64,000 nucleotides of DNA from NCBI GenBank assembly GCA_965240325.2, contig OZ251234.1, positions 1,798,001 to 1,862,000 of the forward strand, read 5' to 3'. This DNA is from Rebecca billardiae RCC1528. Its lineage: Eukaryota > Protista > Haptophyta. Position numbers and translations under genes: made by a program. Shown here in pieces: positions 1 through 9,000 of the stretch. Position 1 is the first letter of the stretch, and every line of letters begins with the position of its first letter. Below the pieces are notes generated by a model that did no database searches, was not told the DNA's origin, and was given only the letters and a program-made list of their open reading frames with translations.

Positions 1-3000
1 GAGCGCACCTCGGCCGCCGACGTCGAGCTGTTCCTCGGCCGCGCGTCGGGCGACGTGTGCGCGGGCAGGCCGTTCATTCTCGCGCGGGCCGACCGCCTGT
101 CCACCGCGGCGCAGGAGGCCGTGCGCGCCTTCCTGCTCGGCGCTGAGCGCGGCGGCAGCGCGCAGCTGAGCCTGCACATCACCGTGCACGGCCCGTCCTT
201 CGTGCCGCCCATGCCGTGGATCGGCACCCGCGTGTGGAGCGCGGGCTCTGCGGATGCGAGCGCGCCCGTGTCCGCGTCCGGCGGCGGCGGCTCGCTCCCG
301 TCGAGCGCGGCGGTCGCGCAGACCGTCCGCGCGGCTGTGACGGCCGACGCTGCCGTCGAGAGCGTCACGGTGGTGTGGTCCGCGTACGCCGGCGCGGGCA
401 AGACGCACCTCGTGCGCAAGCAGCTCGCGCGCGAGCCCGACGACGCCCGCAAGCTCGTGCTCGGCCTTGACGAGCACTTCTGCGCGGAGGACGTGGCGGA
501 GGCGCTCGAGCGCGCCGCGCTGCCGGCGGGCTCGACGGTCGTCGTCCAGCTGCACGCCGGCCACTTCGCGGACGCGGCCGAGCTGGACGCGCTGATGGCG
601 CGGGTCGACGCGCTGCTCTTCCAGCTCCTCGTGCAGCGCTACGTCTCGGGCGGCGCGCACAAGCGCTCCTTCACGCTCGCGCCCGGCTCGCGCTGGCGCG
701 TCTGGGTGGAGGTTCCCAGTGCCATCGGCCATCGCGGGCGCGCGCGCGAGCGCCTTGCTCCGGGTGCGCCCGACGAGGAGCGCGTGGCGAGAGAGCAGGC
801 GACGTGGATGTGTCGCGTGCTGCCCGCGCTCTGCCTCCTGAAGCACCACGAGCTCTCACCGTCCGCGCCGGCGGTGCTTGACCTGGACCCTTCCGTCGAG
901 CGCGTGTGCAAGTACCTGCGCGCGTACCGCGATGGCACGATCGACCGCAAGTTCGGCGGCGCGGGGAGCGCGCCCGCGAAGCACCTCGCCCTGTGCATCG
1001 ACGTCTCGGGCAGCATGCGTGGCTCCAAGTTCGAGACGGCTCTGCGCGAGCTGCTCCGCCTGTTCGACGAGCACGCCGTGCCGGGCGACCTGATCAGCGC
1101 GCTCAGCTTCGACCACACGCACCACGTGGCTGTCGAGGCGCAGCCGGTCCCAGCGGACGCGGGTGCGCGGACTGGGCTGCGCGCGCAGCTGGCTGGCTTG
1201 CCCTTCCTCAACGGCGGCACGGACATGTACAACGCGCTCGCGCGCGCGGTGCGGTGCTGCGAGAAGCCGGCCGAGTTCACGGGGGAGTCTTGGATCATCT
1301 GCCTCACCGACGGCGAGAGTGCGCCCACGCTCCCGGCCTCCGGGCTTGAGCCCGCCCTCGACCGCAGCACCAACCTGCACCTCGCCGTCATCGGCGTGGC
1401 TCTGCCCGATCGCCTCAGGCCGCACATCGAGTCGCTGTGCGCGCGACCGCCGGGCAGCCGCGGGCGGTATGTCGAGTGCGGGCAGTCCGCGGACGCCATG
1501 TCCACCGCGTTCGGCGCCGTCGCCGCGCTGCTGCCGGTGAGCCAGACCTTCGATCTCGACGGCGAGCTCTCGGACTCGGAGTGCCACGAGCTGCTCGCCG
1601 CGTACATGCCGCCTCACGTGCGCTCGCCCGCGAGCGGCATGCTGCTGCAGCACTTCTGGGTGCGGTACCTGCACCGCCGCGTGCGCGTGTTCGACGCGAA
1701 CGACTTCTTCAACTACAACGAGGAGCACGACGAGCTCGGCAGCACGATCATGCGCATCATGCTCGAGGAGGTGGGCGCGTCGCTGGCGCCCGACCAGGGG
1801 AAGCACTGGGCGGGCGACGTGCACAGGCAGATGATCTACGAGATGACGGAGGACGGCCCCAAGTTCGCGATGCTGTGCACGGCGCCGGACCTTATCGACG
1901 AGGACGAGCACGACACGATCGCGCGGCTCGGCTTCGACCTGCCCTCCGCCGACGACCTGACGGATCGCGCCTGCCTCGAGCGGCTGCTCGCGCGCGCGCT
2001 CGGTCTCGAGCTGGACGCGAGCGGCCGGCTCGCGCCGTTGCACGTGGAGGGCTTCGTGCTCACGCTCGACTTCGTGGTCAAGCTGCTGCGCATCCACGAG
2101 CGCGTCGCGTGCGGCGTGCCGTGCATCATGGAGGGCGAGACCGGCGTGTCCAAGACCGCGCTCACGCGCATGTACGCGATCCTGATCAACCGGAGCACGC
2201 ACGAGCGCACCGCGCGCGAGCGCGCCGCGCGCGCCGCGCACCGCGCGCTCGCGCCGCTCGAAGACGCGCTGCGCGGCGCGGAGCTGCTGCCGGCGCCGAC
2301 GGCGATGGCCCCTGCCGACCTTGAGCCCGGGCTCGGCAGCGAGGCCGTCGTCGCGCTCGGCGAGACCATCGCCGCGGCGCTCGAGCGCGAGGCGGCAGCG
2401 GCGGATCTGTGCCGCGCGGCGGTGCAGGCGCTCGCGCGAGAGCCGCCGCCCGGCTGCACGCCCGCGCCACCGGCCGTGGCGGAGGGCGCGGCAACCGGCG
2501 GCGGGCAGGCGCTCGCGGAGCTCGTGCGGCACGTGGCGCGCGCCGAGGTGCCGCCGCTCTTCTTCCACATCAACGTGCACGCCGCGCTCACCGCCGACGA
2601 CGTGCACGCCGCGCTCCGCCCCGCGTGCGCCGCCGCCGATGCGCTGCACGCCGGGGCGCGCGCGGCGAGCGGCGACGGCGCGGCGGCGCCCGCCGACGCC
2701 GACCCGGCGTCCGAGGCGAAGGTGGTCCTCTTCCTCGACGAGGTGAACACGGCATCGTGCATGGGCGTGTTCAAGGAGCTCATCGTCGACCGCACGCACC
2801 GCGGCGCGGCGCTGCCGAGCAACTTGCTGCTCATCGCCGCGTGCAACCCTGCGCGCACGCTCGAGGTCGGCGGCGACTCAGCCGGTAACGGCACCGGCGG
2901 CGGCGGGCCGCCGCCGCAGCAGCAGCAGCAGCCCGCCGCGGCGCTGAGCCAGGACGACCTGGGCAAGGACTGGGCACTCGGGCACTACCAGGTGCGCGCG

Positions 3001-6000
3001 ATGCCGGCGACGCTGCGCTCGTTCATGTGGGAGTACGGCGCGCTGGGGAGGGCGCAGGAGGAGGACTTCGTGCGCCAGCGCCTCGTGATGAGGGCGGATC
3101 TGCCCGCCGCGGCCGCGAGCGCGGCCGCGACGGCAATCGTCACGTGCCAGCATTTTGTGCGGCAGTGCTCGGCCGAGCACATTGCGCGCCGGCTGCGGAG
3201 GGCATGCCCGGGCATGTCCGAGGCGGCGGTGCGCGAGGAGGCGGACGAGCGCTCGCAGGCGACCGTCTCGCTGCGCGACATCCAGCGCACGTTCACGCTC
3301 CTCGACTTTTTCACGGGGCCGGTGTGGCGCGCGTGCGCCGGCTTTGGCGCGCCCGGCTCGGCTGCCGAGCGGCGCGCGCGCGCGGACGGCGCGGCGGATG
3401 CCGAGGTCGCGCATGCGGCGCTGATGCTTGCGATGGTCGTCGTGTACTACGCGCGGCTGAGCGCGGAGTATCGCGGCCGCCTCGAGGAGCAGATGGCCAC
3501 GCTGCCGACGTCGGCGGCGGCGGGGGCGGGCGGGCCGCCTGCGCGTCGCTCGTGGTCGCTGCGCGCCGCGCTCGCGCGCGCGATGGACACGGTGGTGGAG
3601 GCGACCGAGCTGCCGAGAGGCGTGGCGCGCACGGAGGGCCTGCGGGAGAACGTGTTCATGACGTTCGCGTGCGCGATGGCGGGCGTGCCGCTGATGATCA
3701 TCGGGCCGCCCGGCTCGTCGAAGACGCTCAGCGTGAACGCCGTGAGCAGCAACGCGCACGGAATGGAGTCGGCGCGCGCCTTCTTCCGCCCGCTGCCGCG
3801 CATCGAGACTTTCCACTACCAGTGCTCGCACCAGTCGACCTCGACCGACATCGAGCGCGTGTTCGTCCGCGCGATCGAGCGGCAGCGGCTGCAGGACCGC
3901 GAGCGGCTGCGCTGCCTCGTCTTCATGGACGAGGCCGGGCTGCCCGAGGAGGGGCGCGAGTCGCTCAAGGTGCTCCACTACTTCCTCGAGCAGGACGCGA
4001 CGCCGAGCGACCGCGGAGGTGCCGCCGAGCCGTCGGCGGGGTCGCGCACGCGCGTGAGCTTCGTCGCGGTGACCAACCACGTGCTCGACGCGGCCAAGTC
4101 GAACCGGTGCGCGTGCCTGCTGCGCTCCGAGCCGTCGGAGGACGAGCTGCACGCGATCGCCAGCTCGTGCCTCTTCGACAGCGCCGAGTCCGCGCCGTCG
4201 CCCCTCCACCTCGTGAGCGGCCTCCCCGCCGAGGGCGTGCGCGTCGAGCAGCTGCTCCTCGGCCTCTGCACGGCCTACCGCGATCTCTGCCGCGAGCACG
4301 AGTGGTTCGAGGCGCGGTTCGGCCTGCGCGACTTCATCCACACGCTGCGCCTCCTCCGCCGCACCTCGGTCGCGTCGAGCACGGGCCTCGCGCTCTCGGG
4401 CGAGGCGCTGCTGCGCGCGATCTCGCGCAACTTTGGCGGGATCGAGCGCGAGCGGCTGGCGACGGTGGCCACGACCTTCTTCGCGCGCGTGCTCGGCAGG
4501 CGCGACGCCGACGTGTCCGCGCGGGTGCGCGCGCTGCTGCCGCCGCAGCTCGACGCGCTCGAGGCGGCGATCGCGGACGGCGCGCCCACCGCCGACGCGT
4601 TCGCGCCGCGCTACCTGCTCATCCTCGACCCGAGCCCGGACGAGGCAGCGCTGCGCTTGCCGCGCGAGCACGGCATCGCCGCGCTCGGCGGCGGCGGCGG
4701 GTACGGCGGCGGCGAGCCCTCACCCGGCGGCGGCTCGAGCGTCGTGCTCAAGCTCTCCGACTTCCACGAGGACGCGGAGGCGCGGCGCGTCGGCATCGTC
4801 TCCTCCGTGAAGCACGCCGCGGCGCACGGCCGCTTCGTCGAGCTGAGCAGCTGCGAGGCCACGCACGAGAGCTTCTACGCTCTCTTCAACCAGCAGTTCA
4901 AGACGATCGCGCCGACCGCCGAGGGTGGCGAGCCGCAGACCTTCACCACGATCGCGCTCAACGCGTACTCGCAGATGTGCGTCGTGCGCCCGGCGTTCCG
5001 CTGCGCTGTGCACATGCCGCTCGCCGGCGTGGACAAGGCGCCCGCCGCCTTCCTCAACCGCTTCGAGAAGCACGTGCTCTCGGCGGCAGACGTGCTGCGC
5101 GCGCGGCTGCGCGGCGCGCCGCCGGGACTCGCGAGCGCGCTCGAGGCCGCGCGGCTCTCCATGTGCAAGCTCGCGGCCAAGCTCGAGGGCGCGAGCTCGC
5201 TGCGCGGGTACGTGGAGGAGCAGACGGCCGACTCGATCCTTCTGGCGATGCTCGTGCGCCCCGAGCCGCCGAGCGCGGCCGCACCGGACCCCCCGTGTGC
5301 ACGCGCCGCGCCGCCGGCCGCCCACCCGCCTGTGGCCGCGGCGAGCGCGGCGCTGGCGCGCGCCTTGGGCTGGCCAGCGCTCAGCCACGCCAGCTCGTGC
5401 GCGCTGCCCGATGCAGCCGCGGCGGAGCTGCGGGGGTCGCTCGGGCCTGAGCTCGCCGCAGCGTGGGACGAGGCGCTGGCGCCGCCTTGCCCTGCCGAGC
5501 GCGTGCCGTCTTGGGAGCAGGCGGCTGCGGACGCGCTCGCCGGCGCAACGGGCGTCGACAGCCCGCCGCGCACGCGGCTGGCGGCAGCCGTGTGCGCGCG
5601 CATCGTCGCGTGGCGCGCGTGCGTGCGCTTGCTCGGCCTCGCGACGCCCGAGGCGATTTGCCGGCTCCACGCGCGGGTGCCCCCGTCGCTCCTCGCCGCG
5701 TACCTCGACGCCGACCTCGGGCACTTTGCGCCCACGTGCGTGGCGCGCGCCAAGGCGCACGGCGGTCTGCAAGTCGTGCACGCGCGCGCGGCGGTCGCAG
5801 GCGCGCAGCGGCTGTGGGCCGCCGCGGCGCAGCCAGAGGGCCGCGTCGTGCAGCTCGCGATGATGGGCACGGAGAAGCGCCTGGTCGACGAGCTCGAGGC
5901 GTGGGCGCGAGGCCCGCCCAGCGGCGTGCTCGTCGCGATCGTCGACCTCAGCGCAGTGCGGCCGTCGCGCGTGCACTTCCTGCGGTTTGCAGCGGAGCGC

Positions 6001-9000
6001 GCGCTGCGCGATCGCGCCGAGCGCCTGGCTGGGAGCGGCGGCGGCGGCGGCGTGGCGCACGAGGCGGCGTCCATCGGCGCGCGCGCGGCCGAGCCGCCCG
6101 CGCCGGCGGCGCCTGGCCTCGTGCTCGTGCTCCAGCCGCCCGCCTCCGCCTCTCTCTGCGCGGACTCGAGCGCCAGCTACCCAGCCCTCTTCCACGGCGG
6201 ATGGCGGCACACTTTTGTGGACGATGCCGCCGCCGTCGCCGGCCAGGCTGCTGGCGGCGCGTGTGCCGAGGGCCACGCGCGGCTGGCCGGCGAGGCGGCG
6301 CGCGCGTGGTGCCTCACCGCGTGCGGCCTCGAGGCCGAGTGGGACTCGCCAGCCTACCTCATGTCCCTCGGGCCCGCCATGCGGCGCGCCGTGGCGGGGC
6401 GAGTCGCCGGTCTCGACGACGCAGCCTCCGGCGGCGCGGTTGCGGGACCCGGCGCCGGCGCGGGCGCGTCGAGCGACCCCTCTGCCGGCGCGGGCACGCT
6501 GCCGGCGCGGGCGGAGGCGCTGGAGCGCCTGCTCGGTGCGCGTCTCGGCGAGGGCGAGCGCACCCTCGAGCACGCGCTGTGCGCGCGCTTCGCGCGCGTG
6601 CTCCCGAGCGAGGTCGTGCGCGCCGAGGTGAAGGCCGCCGCCGCTCGGCTCGTGGCGGCAGACGGTGCGGCATCGCTGTGCGAGGAGGTGGGCGCGGGGT
6701 TCGCGGCCGCGTACGCCAACTTCGTCGCCGCCTTCGTCGCGCGCACGTGCGCCGACGGCACCGCTGTGCTGCTGATCGAGCACGCCGCGCGCGCCGCCGA
6801 GCCGCCGGAGTGTGGCGTCCCCGGCGCCGCGCCGAGTGCCCAGCCGGCCGCGGGGCCTGAGCCGCCGCAGCCGGCTGGCGTGCGCGCGTTGCCGATCGAC
6901 CCGCTGGTGGCGCTGCTGCCCGTGCCGCCGCTGCGCGAGCTTCAGCTGCTCTCGCAGCCGCACCCTGCGCGCGGCTGCGCGCGCCCAGCCGCCTTCCCGT
7001 TCTTCCGAGTCGCCGAGGCGGCGCTCGACAGCGCCCTCGACGAGGCACGGGCGCAGCTCGATGCAGCCGAGCCGAGCCGGAGCGGCGGCGGCGGCGCCGC
7101 CGCGCAGTCGGCGGCGCACGTGCTGCGCACGCCCGCCGCCGATGCGGACGTGGCCGCGCGCGCTCGCGAGCTCGTGCGCGCCGAGCGCGGCGGCGAGCAC
7201 CGGCTTGCCGCGTGGCTGATCGAGCGGCTCGAGGGCGACGAGGAGCTCGCGCTGGCGTTCGCGCGCGAGGCGTGCTCGGCGCTCAGCCTCGGCGCCGCCG
7301 CGCTGGACGCCTCGGCCACGCGGGTTGTCGTGGAAGCGGTGCTCCTGCCGCAGCTACTCGAGCGCGCGCGCGGGTGCGCGTGCGCGCTCAGGCTGCTGCA
7401 GGGCGCGCGAAGGCTCCGCGTGGATGCGGTCTCTCTCGCGGGCTTTGCAACGGCGCTGCCGCTCGAGCTCTGGACCAGCGGCCAGCTCGGCGCCGCCGCG
7501 CCGTCGGCGGACGCTGGCGCAGCCACGCCGGCTCAGCGCGCCGCCATGCGAGCGGCTGAGTACGCGCTCGACCGCGCGGCCGCGCTCGCGGCTGACCTCG
7601 ACTCGCCGGCCGCGGCGTGGCAGGCGTGGGGCACCTCGGCGCGCGAGCTGCTACAAGAGGCGCAGTGCGTCCTGCACGGCGAGGAGGCGCCGTCGGCGGC
7701 GCTGCTCGCGCCGCTTGACGCGCTCGCGTGCGCGGAGGCGCTCCACGCCGCCGGCGAGGGCGGTGAGTCCCTCGCGCAGCTGCTCCGGCTGCCGCCGAGC
7801 AGCGGCGGTGGCAGCAGCAGCGACGAGGGCGTCTTCGAGCGCGCGTGCGAGCTACTCGAGGCACGGGCCGCCGAGGGAGCCGGCGCGAGTGGGCGGCGAG
7901 GGGATGAGCGCGCGCGGCGCGCGCTGTGGCGGCTGCTGCGGTGGCGCTCCTCGCCGTGGCGCCTCTCGGCGCTCGGCGCGGAGGCGGTGCCGGCGACCGC
8001 GCGCAGCGCGGCCGCAGCTGTCTCGCAAGCCCGGCTTTTGAACGAGGGCCAGGCGGTCGCGCTCATGGCGCGCGTGCTCGCCCACGCGCCCGCTGCAGAC
8101 GCGTCGGCGACGGCGGCGGCGGCGGCCGGCGGAGAGCCGCGCGCTGACCCGCGCGGCGCGCCCGGCTGGGCGGCGGTCGAGGCCGCGCTGCAGGCCAGGG
8201 CGGACGATCCGCGCCACGCACCGTGGTCGCCGGCTGCGTGGGTCGCGGGCGACGCCGCCGCCGACGGGCACCCGGGCCAGCGCCTCGAGCGCGCGTGTGG
8301 CGTGGCGCTCGTGAAGCTCGAGCTGAGCGCGCCTCGCGCATACGCGGACGGCCGCGCCGAGCACGAGCTGCGCTACTTCTGCCAGCGCCTCGGCGGCGAC
8401 GACGTGGCGGCCGCGCCGCGCTCCGCCGGCCGGCTCGAGGCGCTTCGGGACGAGGCGGTGAAGGCGCTCTTCGCCAAGTTCATCGCCCACGCCCTCGTCC
8501 GCGTCGCGACGGGTGGCGCGCGCGCGCGGCAGGGCGTGAGCATGCGCGAGCGGGCCGCCTTTGCCGCGCTCGAGCGGCAGCGCACTGCTGACTGGCAGGC
8601 CGCCAAGGAGCGCGGCGCGCTGCGGCTCCTGGCGTCGGACCCGCGGCTGCAGGCAATCGTCGTGCGCACGATCCTCGCCAAGTACGGCGAGCCCGCCGTC
8701 GAGCAGGTGCTCTTCGACGCGCGCGCGCTGCTTGCGGAGCCGTGGGCGGACGAGCTGCGCGCGCACGTGCTGCCGCCGGCTGCGCTCGAGGCGGCGTCGC
8801 AGCACGCGCGCGAGCACACACGGCAGCGGCTCGCGCGCGCAGCGATGCAGGAGCGCCAAGACGAGGCGTGGAAGGCGGCCAACTGCCGCCTCTGCCCGCA
8901 CTGCCGCACGCTCGTGTACCGCAGCGAGGGGTGCGAGGCGATGGTCTGCGGCCGCGACTACCACGACGCGGCCGCGGCCCAAGGCACCCGTGCCGGCTGC

